Assembly (NCBI RefSeq): GCF_000150275.1
Contig: NW_002060943.1
Location: 10,912,878-10,976,877 of the forward strand
Source of the DNA: Trichoplax adhaerens
Taxonomy: Eukaryota > Animalia > Placozoa
Length of the DNA: 64,000 bases
Reading direction: 5' to 3'
Below the pieces are notes generated by a model, which did not search any database, was not told where the DNA came from, and was given only the letters and a program-made list of their open reading frames with translations. Below are positions 12,790 to 23,496 of this stretch, in pieces (the stretch's first letter is position 1; every line of letters starts with the position of its first letter). A program made the translations under genes and the position numbers.

Positions 12790-15700
12790 ATGGCTGCGGC
12801 ATCTGGAATGGAAAACGACAAAGTCCACAACAATCCCAAACTCCTGTAACCTTAATTATTAAAACCCCAAATCAAAAAATTAAGGATATTGTAGTAGATT
12901 GTTACCTGGAATGGTCGGTTAAAGAATTAAAACAGCTGTTATCATCGCTTTACCCTACTCAACCGGTAATAAAAGTGACTCAACCTACAATACTGACAAT
13001 ATCGCCATTGAAAACAATATTATTATTATCGATTCATTCCAAGTAATAATTATTACTTGGAAATGATGTAATGCCGAGACATAACTTACAACATATAGCG
13101 TCATATTTATTTTAATCACGTCCTTTAGAAGTATATTATTATATCCGATGCTCTTAATCGTCGAAGTCGAACTGGAAAATACATAGGCTATCTTTATTAT
13201 GGACGATGTCAAAACTTGAGTTGCTAACAGAGTATCGACAAGAATTAATTAATCGACAATCGTTATGAATGATAGCCAGCAACACCTATATGCTAAATAG
13301 AACACTGCTCACTGAATACCGTGTAATGGAGCAGCGATGGAAAATAATGTATACATTAGCATTGACACTAAATTTTGACGTCTTTACTTTAGTAATTTTA
13401 TTTACTACTAACGGATGTAACTGAGTTGTGAAAATGAATTCAAGCCTTTTCAAGTCTTGAAACTGACTGCACTTTACTATACTGTACAATGCGCGTACGC
13501 ATAGGAACACTGCGTATAAGAAAGTGATTAAATAAATATCTAAAGTTCGAGCGCCATTACTATTCTATTAATGTCAAAGTTTATGCTGGTACTATCAATT
13601 TAGAATCACTCAGTTACTGATCTAATGACCAGTAATTCAATACCGAAATTACTCTCCAATATTTTATTCATTCTTACTTGCCTAGTGGTCATAAATGTGA
13701 TTATTCACTGTAACATATCGATAATGGGTAACTAGGTATTTATTAACTGTACGAATGCCTGCTGTTATCTTACTCAATTTATAGCTACCAGATACTCAAA
13801 AGTTAATATACGGCGGTAAACTACTCAGAGATGGTGACACGCTCACCCAGGCTTTGCGACAGGTATTGTCATACTCTCCATACCGATGTAATAATCCGAT
13901 GTAGACTGATGATAGCTTAAATTAAATCGAAAAAAGAATTTGAATGCTAACCTCTCTATTATTACTATCTACTACTGTATGGTATATATGCACTTATGAT
14001 AAAGGTACTAGTATTAATAATACTCGTAATATTGTATTTGGTCTTTAGTTCAAAGTTGGAGAAAAACCAATCATCCATATGGTTTGCAGTACGCTATTAA
14101 CTACTGACCAGAAGAAAGTAAGTATACCTGCGTATTACCTGAAGCGATTCCTTTAGATAACTAGAACTGCTATAATGCGACTCTGATTATAAAAATGTAA
14201 TATTCTTACCAGTTAATACTCAGTGCTAAAATATACGGCGATTTTATTATCTGTACACTACAAATACACTTATATAGGTTTTGTACTGGTTAATAGCACT
14301 CCTAACGTCACTGTAAACTGTAACTCAATAGGAATCTACAGACATTGAGCGAATTGGATTCCCTAATATTTGATTAATTGACTTTTAGAATCAGAAGGAA
14401 ATAGAAACTAGCACTGAACAACAGCCCACAGAAACTCCAAGTCAACTTAGTTTACCAACAACAGCGAATGAGAATCAGACCATTTCAAATGATAGTTTAC
14501 CAACAACAGCGAATGAAAACCAGACCATTTCAAACGCTAGTTTGCCAACAACAGCGAATGAAAGCCAGACCACTTCAAGTGATGGGCTAAGAAACAGAAT
14601 GCCAGGAACCAATTTCCCACCTCAATTTCCGTTCGCAAGGTTAATTAAAAGACCATATAATATAGTTAGGAAAATATCTACGTTTCATCTCAAAATATAT
14701 CATTAACTTTAATTTACCTCCTTTTAAATAGCGGTACTCTAGGAAACTGGCAATTTCCTTCGCCAGTGGATAATCAACCTGTAATAAGGCCAGCCGAGGT
14801 GGCTCATGCAGCCGCGGCAGCTGCTAGCTCAGCTTATTGGTCCTATTACTATTGGTATATGTATTACAACGCCGTCGGAAATAATAGACCGTCAAATGTT
14901 CGGTAATGTCTATAAAGAATTTTTAATCAATATAAAGTTATTCGCGAAATGAAATATTATTCTGTAATGTATATATTTAATCTAAATTAAGAAACATCTT
15001 ACGTTACTGATCTCACATTTGTTGCCTTGACAAGAGTACTGCTATACCATGAAGTATAGCTCGCATTTATATTGTATTAATCATAACATGTAATAAATTT
15101 TGGTTAATTAGATCAGCTAATGGGTACTTTAACGGAATTAATACTGGTGGCCAAGGCGAAAATGTCGCTGATGAAGGACAGAGATCAACTCCAACAAATG
15201 ATACTAATAACGATAATAGTAATGTCAACAATAATGGTAATAATAATAATAACAATAACGTCAATAATGCTGCGAATGATAACGTGGCAATGAATGTGGC
15301 TGCGGGTGTTTTCGACGATGAAGAACAGGATTTGATGGCTAACGATTGGTTATCATATATTTATGGCTTCTTTCGCGTCGGACTGGTCTTAATAGTATTA
15401 TGGTTCCATTCTACTCCTTTACTTTTTGGAATTATGCTTGCGATTGTGATAATTACATACTTGTTAGTCATGAAGTGCTTTTAATAGTAGCCAATAAAGG
15501 TGTTAAACCTACTAACATACATAATTTTTCATAACAGATACCAAAGTGGATACCTAATAATACAACGACTCCCCATAAGAAGACCGGTTCAAAATGAAAG
15601 TAAGCTAAAATTGTGCTCTGCAATTATTTTTATTGAGCCATAATGTATAGTTCTAATGATTTCTTTAGATGCTGAAAATGTCAGAAATGAGGGTGAACAG

Positions 15701-16097
15701 AACTTAGCTGATAATAATTCGGTAAATTATGTAAATATGCGATTTAGCCTAACTTAAGATTTTCAGTTACTTATACGCTGCAGTATTAACATCTAATCGC
15801 ACCTACATGCCTGTCTATACTCTTCATGATTTACTATGTGCATTACCACTGTTGTACTATAATAATTGTACCATTAAAAGTTTGGCTTCCTACAAACTTA
15901 TAAAATTAACAGTTTTACTCTTGATTGGTAAATATAAAATGTAGGACGCAAGAGAGAATGAAAGTGGCGATGTTAACAATGCCAACGTAAATCAGGAATT
16001 GGAGCCGGAGTCACCTCCGTCTTTCATGTTTGTTGCTCGCTCTTTTATCGTCTCATTTTTTACATCTCTTATTCCACAAAACCCGGAGGCAGCATAA
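12790..16097 (+). CDS. HERPUD: Herp / homocysteine-inducible ER protein with ubiquitin-like domain, 9 coding exons; 1-nt frame discontinuity near the start
   Basis: UBL domain PVTLIIKTPNQKIKDIVVDCYLEWSVKELKQLLSSLYPTQP|LPDTQKLIYGGKLLRDGDTL...IIHMVC. Also DGLRNR motif, DDEEQDLMANDWLSYIYGFFR followed by a hydrophobic segment, and C-terminal FIVSFFTSLIPQNPEAA* (TAA 16095-16097). Exons ~12790-12965, 13785-13862, 14049-14117, 14389-14639, 14732-14902, 15112-15462, 15538-15599, 15669-15721, 15945-16097. Confidence 0.88.
14449..14583 (+). repeat. Coding 45-bp tandem repeat x3 (SLPTTANENQTISND) in HERPUD exon 4
   Basis: Units begin at 14449, 14494 and 14539: AGTTTACCAACAACAGCGAATGAGAATCAGACCATTTCAAATGAT and two variants. 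Confidence 0.95.
15196..15283 (+). repeat. Asn-rich AAT/AAC coding microsatellite in HERPUD
   Basis: Encodes NDTNNDNSNVNNNGNNNNNNNVNNAANDN. Confidence 0.85.
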
Positions 16098-16801
16098 CCA
16101 TGCCTTTATAAACAAAATTTTAAATATCGTAAACTCTTTTTTATATAACCCAAGGTTAAATTGATTTGATTTAATTCTATGCAATTATGTGTCATTAAAT
16201 TTCTTCAGAGATACATTCTTAACGTAATAAATAAATTTAACTCACGGGTACTCATCATTAAGTCGGTTATAATACACCTTCTATTTAGTTTGGGGTATTT
16301 GAGGATGTACTATTTACAATGGACATGATATGAATTAAGTTTATCAGATTAATCTATGATTGAGAATTCACTCTGTCAAATGTGCAAACTGAGAATTATG
16401 TCTTGTAATTTACCCGGCAGCTTAGGCTGGAAGTCACTACTAAATATACTTCTGGAATAAAATTATTAATCTAACAATGTGACCATTTTTTATAAGACTT
16501 TTTAGATTTTATTAAGATTTGATCTAGTAATTGACTGTTTTAGCTTTCTATTTAAAACTTTACGAAATCACATAGATTTCACGAATGAAACATTAAAAGA
16601 GCGTCGTAAACTTCAGTCAATGCAATCTGCGGGATTTTCGATTTCTGAATACCCTAATCCTGCTAAATCTCACTCCAAAGCAATTTTAGAAATTCAATAA
16701 ACAACTAATGTTGAGTACATCCAATATTTATTGCTTCTCAAAATCTATGCATTAAAATAGCATGTATTAAAGTATAAATGAAGTAGCTTTTTTTGATTCA
16801 G

Positions 16802-19434
16802 TTATTTTACAGGAGGCTTGTATGCCAACTTTCTGGTCTTCAAAACTGACCACTTATGGCGTTTATAATACCACGAGATACCAGTCAAAAAGGATATTAT
16901 GAGAAAGGCCTATTTGAAATAGTTACATTTCAAAAATTTAAAAATAAATTCTTGTGGACAATTTCGAAATTTAAAAATTTTCAATTCACCTTCATAAACA
17001 TTCTTTTCTTATCATCATAGTAAGGCTCTATAAGATTATTAACAAAAGAAATAATTATTAACCCCATAAATGTTAGTAGATTCCTTGTATCGTAATATAG
17101 TATTTGTCTTTTTTAAGTGTTACCTGTACACCACTTTAAGAACACCGATACATCTTTCGCCAATTGACTAACAGTAGCCGGAGTACCTAATTAGGCAAGG
17201 GATTAATTACCAATCAAACTCTTTCTACAGCAATATTACAAAAAGCATGATCTTTAATCGTAAATTAGACCCTAACCATCTTCATATTCAAGCATGTCAT
17301 CAAAAAGTTGTTGTGGCATTCCTATAGCACCTCCAGTGAAATACGGATTATAACTTAGACCTTCTCTTACAGTAATTCCAGCTGGAGGATCACAATATCC
17401 CGTTAAAAGTGAAAACATGTAATCCTATAATAATTGGCAATTAATAATGTTAATTTCGCGGCTAAATTAATGGCATACGGATATTGCGCCTATTTAATAC
17501 CTCTCCACCATGTCTGGCCTTGTTCATTAAACTCAAATCGGGTGGTAAGGCACCTAATAATAAATATTTGAAGTTAGTTTAGAGAGAATAACAATTACAC
17601 AGAATCAAGTATCGAGTCCAAATTCTAATTAGCGTCCAAAAATTGGCTTGTACGGTAGTAAGTAAAGTTGTCAATTTTACCGTTATTGGCAGCTCTTGCT
17701 TCTTCATCATTTTTATAGGGTGGAGGAAAATAATCCGATAACTACAGGTTTATAAGGCGGTTTAGAGCATATTATTTGAGGGAAAGAAGTAGTCAACTTG
17801 ACAGCAGTTACGTCAATCAAAAGAATAAAATACCTTGCCCGGTCTTAAAAACATTTCACCATCTTCATTTGGACCATCCTCGATATTGACCTGAAAGATT
17901 AAAGTTATAAATTTGTACTCAAGTAGGTATCTGATGCTTTATTGTAAGTCAGATTTCCATGCACATCAAGTACACTGCAATCCAGTAAACTATAAGATAG
18001 CTTTATTCGTCAGTAATACTTACTGATTCAGCTAATGCTTTCGCTTCTTCTTCAGTATGTGAGACTCCAACAAGATTACGAAAAGCGATTTGATCTAAAC
18101 TATGACAAGCACTACATACTTCTTTGTAGACTTGATATCCGCGACGAATACTGTATCATTGGACAGTATAAAATTCATGAGTATAAATAGAGAGATATGA
18201 TACGGTAAGTAAGCAGCATTTCCAATAGGAAAGAACGGGATAACACACTCTCAGTTCAGCATTTATTGAATAAAGAATGCCACTGTTTATCAATTCGTAA
18301 GTGGTACGCATTCATACCTTGCATGATCTAAAGACGATAATATTCCATCATGAGACCAAGGATAATGAGGAGGGTGCAGTTGGTCATCGGCTTCAACTCT
18401 AAGCATGTTAATTCCAAGTCCTATACCGCAAGCAGCAGCTGCGCCACCCATTACAGTAAAAATCTAAAAAATATATAAAGTAATTGATTGATTGATTCAA
18501 CATTGTACAGCGATAAAATTGACGGGAATAACTGGATGGATTAATTCACTTTACGGTACAGTAGTGTCTCTCTCTATTTGGAGTCTCCGCTCCTTAAACT
18601 ACTAGCCGTTGAAGTAACGATCTTAAAACTAAATTGTGTACACTAAACAGTTTTCAGTTTTAGGGCTATTTAGAGAGCTAGGCATTACAGTATCATCATT
18701 TTATCATAGTTATACCGTACAGTGCGTGTATTCCTAAGCATTGAACATTTAAATAAACTTACCAATTTACGTCCCTTCTGTCTACCATCGGCGGTTGCAG
18801 ATGCCGAGAGCGTCTGATTATGGCGAAGAGAACAAATTTATCAAAATGATATAAACAAGTGAATTTAATTTTTTTTAATTGACATGATTAATAGATACTG
18901 TAGTTAAAAAAATGGTACACTTGATTCCAAGTGAGCTCAACTACGATATAGCAGCTCAAGGGAACGCTTGGCTGATAGCTAGACTAGCAGCTACAGTCAT
19001 AATAGTAGTTGTCTTCACGACAGTACTTGATGACATCTAAGACTATCAAAAAACGTCTTAAGTTGAATAGAACAGCAATCTTACAATGAACTATCAAAAT
19101 CATGCACTAGTCGAAAAGGCATAATATAGGAAAATATTACAGTTAGGCGACACAGTGATGGCATTCTTAAAATCATTACTATTTTTGACTACTATTTCAC
19201 TAAAGGTTGCCGGTTGCGTTCGAAACTGTCGCCTCTACCCGTCAGTCACCAGATGCCAGAATAAAAGTGGGCTAAATCGTGCATGTAAGCTGATGATGGT
19301 GTATCTATTCATCGTGTTATGCATTATGTTGATAACTTTAATATTGGTTGTTATCCTATATGACAAATTACCCTTCTGAAAGGCGCTGAAATTGTAGAAG
19401 GATTGAACCGAGAGAACATCTTGGCAGGAAACAT
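16802..19434 (-). CDS. CYC1: Cytochrome c1, heme protein, mitochondrial (complex III), 11 coding exons
   Basis: Presequence [21 protein letters not shown], then [38 protein letters not shown] with the CxxCH heme motif at 18102-18116. Also [18 protein letters not shown], and C-terminal anchor ...[20 protein letters not shown] (TAA 16804-16802). Confidence 0.96.
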
Positions 19435-19619
19435 GGCCGCTACCCGAGTCCAGTAGTGTTGACCTAATACGCAAGCGTTACTGTCAAAGTACAGCACCGT
19501 CAAATGGATCTTCAAACGTCCGGTAGTAACGCGTAGTCGATCGCCCTATGGTAGTTTTACTATGGATTTCCTCGGTTGAAGGTCTACCATCACGTCCACA
19601 TGCTGTATGCTTGCGGTCA

Positions 19620-21462
19620 CAGTCCATTGTACTGTACAATGTACTGTACCGTAGAGTGCATTTACTGTGCAGTACTGTACTGTACAGTACATACAGTACT
19701 GTAGAGTACAGTACTACAGTACATAAATCTCTATGGATACAGTACTGTCCAGTATCTTGCTTTACAAAACTTTCACTTTATACGGTACAGTATAGCGCAA
19801 TATTGCATAGTTGGCCAATATTGCTTCTCGAAACTATCCAAACTAGCGATAAAACTACTACGGTTGTGTTAGAAATGACCCGATCATTTTGCCGACTTTC
19901 ACTTAGGCTACTTTCAAAATGATCAAAATGAAATTTTATTCAATGTAGCTGTTAGTTTGCAGTTAGAGAGTACTGCACCACCATCTACTCATGGAAAAAA
20001 GTACTTTGGGCCCTATCATCGATATACTGTAGCATTGCCTACTATACCGTAAAAACGTAGCATGCTTGGACTGTGCCAACGACTAAGCATAGTGTACACT
20101 GTACTGTACACTCAGTTCTGTCTGGGCGCCAGATTTTAGGGGTTTCAGACCAGTGTTGCGCGAATATTGTATTGTAGAGTACAGTACAGTACTGTACAGT
20201 GTACAGTACTAAACGGCGACTAAAACGTGCATGTGCAAAGTACTGTACTGTACTGTACGATCATGGATTATTACGACTGTACACTGTACAGTACAGTACA
20301 ACTCATCAGGTAAGATTTCAGTACGCCGAGTGGTTGAATGATTGGACAGTACTGTACACTGTATAGTGTCAGCAGTCGGAGTTGGGAATGACGACTCATT
20401 GCGAGGACGCAGAAGACTACAGTGTACAGTATTTCGAAAAAAGAAATACTGTAAAGTACAGTACAGTACTGTACTGTACTGTACTGTATTTTGAAAAAGC
20501 TTTCTACTGTACTGTACAGTACTTTACTGTACTATACTGTACTGTACACTGTACTGTACAGTACAATGACAGCTCATTCCCAGGACGCAGAAGTACAGTA
20601 CTGTACATACTGTACAGTACGGTACTGTACTGTACAGTACAGTGTACAGTACAGTATTTCGAAAAAAGAAATATTTCATTCCCAGGACGCAGAAGACTAC
20701 TGTACAGTGTACAGTATTTTGAAAAAGCTTTGTACTGTACACTGTACAATGTCAGCAGCCGGAGTTGAGAATGACAACTCATTCCCAGGACACAGAAGAC
20801 TGTATTTGGAAAAAAGCTTTCTACTTTACTGTACAGCACAGTACTGTATAGTGCGGTGTCTCACAATTGTGAGCCACCGTAGTATAGTACAGTACTTCTC
20901 TCTCTCTTCTCCAGAGTATTGTGTACTGTACTAGAGAAGCTGTAATCGATACTTTCACACACGATTATACAGTACAGTATTTTAGCGTCCATCGTCAAAT
21001 ATACTGTACAGTGTACAGTGTACAGTACTTGGATTTCTGATAACAGCACATACAGTACAGTACAGTACAGTACTGTACGGTACTGTAACATTGCACAGGA
21101 CTACAGGTACTGTACAGTACAGTGATGAGTATGAGTAGAGTTAGTTAGCTCCAATCATTCTTGACTTCATAAGCGTTAACACACCCACATTGAGGCGTTG
21201 GTCAACTACAGTACAAAGCACTCTGTGAGCTGACAGTTTACTGTACTGTACTGTACTGTACTGTACCATACAGTACTGTACAGTACTGTACGCCAAAAGG
21301 GACCATTCAGTACTGTACTGTACACTGTAGTCCATCGTGATTAGCACGAAATGAAACCATTTCCACTGTCCATATTTTACCATCGTTACTGAAACATGTC
21401 CCCCTTTTGTACTGGACAGTAGGAAACAATGTACAATGTGCAGTGCAGCCATTGCATTGTAC
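19620..21462. repeat. Large TACTG/CAGTA/TGTACA palindrome-rich low-complexity island between the divergent CYC1 and GCSH genes
   Basis: Runs of (TACTG)n and (CAGTA)n in alternating orientation, joined by CAGTACTG/TGTACA palindromes. These give the spurious STV/YCT/QYS ORFs on both strands. Confidence 0.9.
20366..20828 (+). repeat. Four degenerate direct repeats (core TCATTCCCAGGACGCAGAAG...GTATTTnGAAAAAAG) with variable GTAC filler
   Basis: Cores at ~20396, ~20574, ~20676 and ~20779. Copies 1 and 4 share the leader TGTCAGCAGyCGGAGTTGrGAATGAC. The consensus can form the hairpin GGGAATGA-nnnn-TCATTCCC. Confidence 0.85.
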
Positions 21463-21503
21463 TCTTTGCCTCAAGGCGAGCGCTTTGCTTTACTCTTATA
21501 GTA

Positions 21504-21519
21504 CGCCATATTGACGTCA
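21504..21519 (+). promoter_or_regulatory. Putative GCSH promoter motifs: CGCCAT (YY1-like) plus full CRE TGACGTCA
   Basis: CGCCATAT-TGACGTCA lies ~220 bp upstream of the GCSH ATG, just before a good donor site (CAG|GTAAGC, 21532) that would define a 5' UTR exon. Motif match only. Confidence 0.4.
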
Positions 21520-21737
21520 GTCTGCAATCAGGTAAGCGATTATTTCCTCAATTCATTAGCACTCATTGCAGTTGTTAATACTTGCCTATCAACTAACGAT
21601 AGTGCACTTCTGCTTTTTGAAAAAAAGCCTTCACGTCATTATCAAAGACAGGATAGCGCTGTACCCAACAGGCAATCGCGTTATACAGCTTGCCAAGATT
21701 GAAGTCATTTGCAACTCAAAGAGATAAACAAAGGAGG

Positions 21738-23496
21738 ATGGCTGCTCTTACCTGCTTAAGAAATTTATCACGAATTGTGACTGCTTCTCGCTTTAACAGC
21801 GCTAAAGCGATCAATTTGCCTATTTTTAATGCTTCAAAGAATGCTCATAGTCGTTGGATTCATCAAAGTACTATCTTAAATGCGGGTTTGTGATTGATAT
21901 CGTCAATTTTGCTCATGACAGTACTTGCTATCAGATCAAGATAATGTAACGTTTTGGACGTGTATTGCTGCATAGGATGCAATAATCATTCTAGTTGCTG
22001 CACTTCAATCTTTGATTGTTTTATCTCAACTTCAGTAAAATAAATTTTGATTCCATTAGTGTATTGAAAAATAGAAAATAAACGAGATGATCGATCATTA
22101 CAATAAAATGCATGCTAGCTTTTCCACCAAAAAAAACCAATCAATCAATCATGATTCATGAGTTAGCAGCATTTTCCAATGACAAATTTGGAGTTAATTT
22201 ATTTTGCAAGTGATGGTGCCTTGTTAAATCAACATGATTTTGTCTCGGTCAAACAGTTGCTCTATAGAGTGTGTGAATGTTGTTTTCCAGTTATCCTTGC
22301 TTTCACCTACTACATGATACCCCAATTTTTCCACTAGTTGATTCGACTACAATGGATAATAATACCATTCCATTAGTATAGGCATATTACTGTAATGCTT
22401 TGCAAGATCAGACAACCTTTTTGTGGTCCAATAACCTGACAGCAATTTGCATTTGCTATTTTGAATATTCATAGAAAGGAAATATAGTAAAGAACATGAA
22501 TGGGTTTCCATGGAAAATGGCGTTGGGACTATCGGCATTTCCAAGTACGCTCAGGTAAGAAGAGACATCAATGACAGATGATCAAGCCATCCAATACTAG
22601 TCATTAGTAAGCACCTTACATGCTATCCAACCACGTCGTAAAACGAAATTCATACTATAATAACACGTATGCTTTGCTTATCGTGATGTCATACGCTAAC
22701 GTAACACTCATTCGATCTTCAGGAAAAGCTAGGAGATGTTGTATATGTTTCCTTGCCAGATGTGAGCGAAACTATTATTACGGATGGTAAGTATGCAATG
22801 TCACACAGCTGTTAATAGCATGATAGCACATACTACATTATCAGCTATTTACTCACATCATCAAGTAGATAATTAATACTGTCCTTTTTCCAAAATAATT
22901 TACCTCATACCAAAAGATTTCTTCTTATACTATAGAGGAATTTGGTATTTTGGAAAGTGTTAAAGCTGCCAATGATTTATTTGCGCCCGTTAGCGGTGAG
23001 GTTATCGAAATTAATGATGATGTCTTGGATAGACCTTCATTAGTCAATTCTTCACCCTTTGAAGAAGGTATGGTATATTTAGCCATTTATACAGTCCTTT
23101 ATTCTATCTTGCATTAATTTATCCTACTATTTCGAAGCATTGTAATTAACAATACCAAAAACTGCAATCAATTTTGGTACATGTGTGAATAGATGATGAC
23201 TTCGTTCATGGACTATTCAAGAATATTTCTTGAGTAGTCCATGTTTGGTTGTATCTTTTTGCTCTATCTTGGGTCACTGTTTTTAATTACTTGATATATA
23301 CTGTATCTTGAGCTCTGAAATAAGTAATTAAATTGTAAGTGGATTTTAACTAATTCATAATTCTTAGAGTAACATTGAACGTATTTGGTTATCAATAGGT
23401 TGGTTGATTAAAGTACGTCTCAGTAACAAGAAAGAGTTGAATAATTTAATGAGCGAAAGTGAATATGAAGATTTTACAGGAGGCTTAAATCAATAA
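21738..23496 (+). CDS. GCSH: Glycine cleavage system H protein, mitochondrial, 5 coding exons
   Basis: Arg-rich presequence [19 protein letters not shown], then [11 protein letters not shown]...[10 protein letters not shown]|[12 protein letters not shown], the lipoyl-lysine motif [22 protein letters not shown] (Lys codon 22962-22964), and [13 protein letters not shown]. Stop TAA 23494-23496. Confidence 0.95.

Noticed and set aside
20366-20828. CRISPR-like appearance (hairpin repeat plus variable spacer)
   Set aside because: Eukaryotic context, degenerate repeats, spacers of very unequal length made of simple repeats, and no cas genes.
20382-20830. Repeat core translates as SFPGRR(R), resembling amidated neuropeptide precursor units (x-G-RR)
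   Set aside because: Copies fall in different frames, the spacers are low-complexity DNA filler, and there is no signal peptide or supporting splice structure. It would need transcript evidence to revive.
19548-21452. Multiple 70-150 aa ORFs rich in STV/YCT/VQY on both strands (also 12575-12849)
   Set aside because: They are by-products of stop-poor TACTG/CAGTA repeats, overlap in several frames, and show no domain signal.
21731-21740. AAGGAGG directly before the GCSH ATG (Shine-Dalgarno-like)
   Set aside because: The gene is spliced and nuclear, with zero spacing to the ATG; coincidence, not evidence of bacterial origin.
16804-23486. Identical 16-mer ATTTTACAGGAGGCTT at the 3' ends of CYC1 (16804, antisense) and GCSH (23471, sense)
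   Set aside because: Both lie in coding sequence in unrelated frames, and one such match is about what chance gives in 64 kb of AT-rich DNA.
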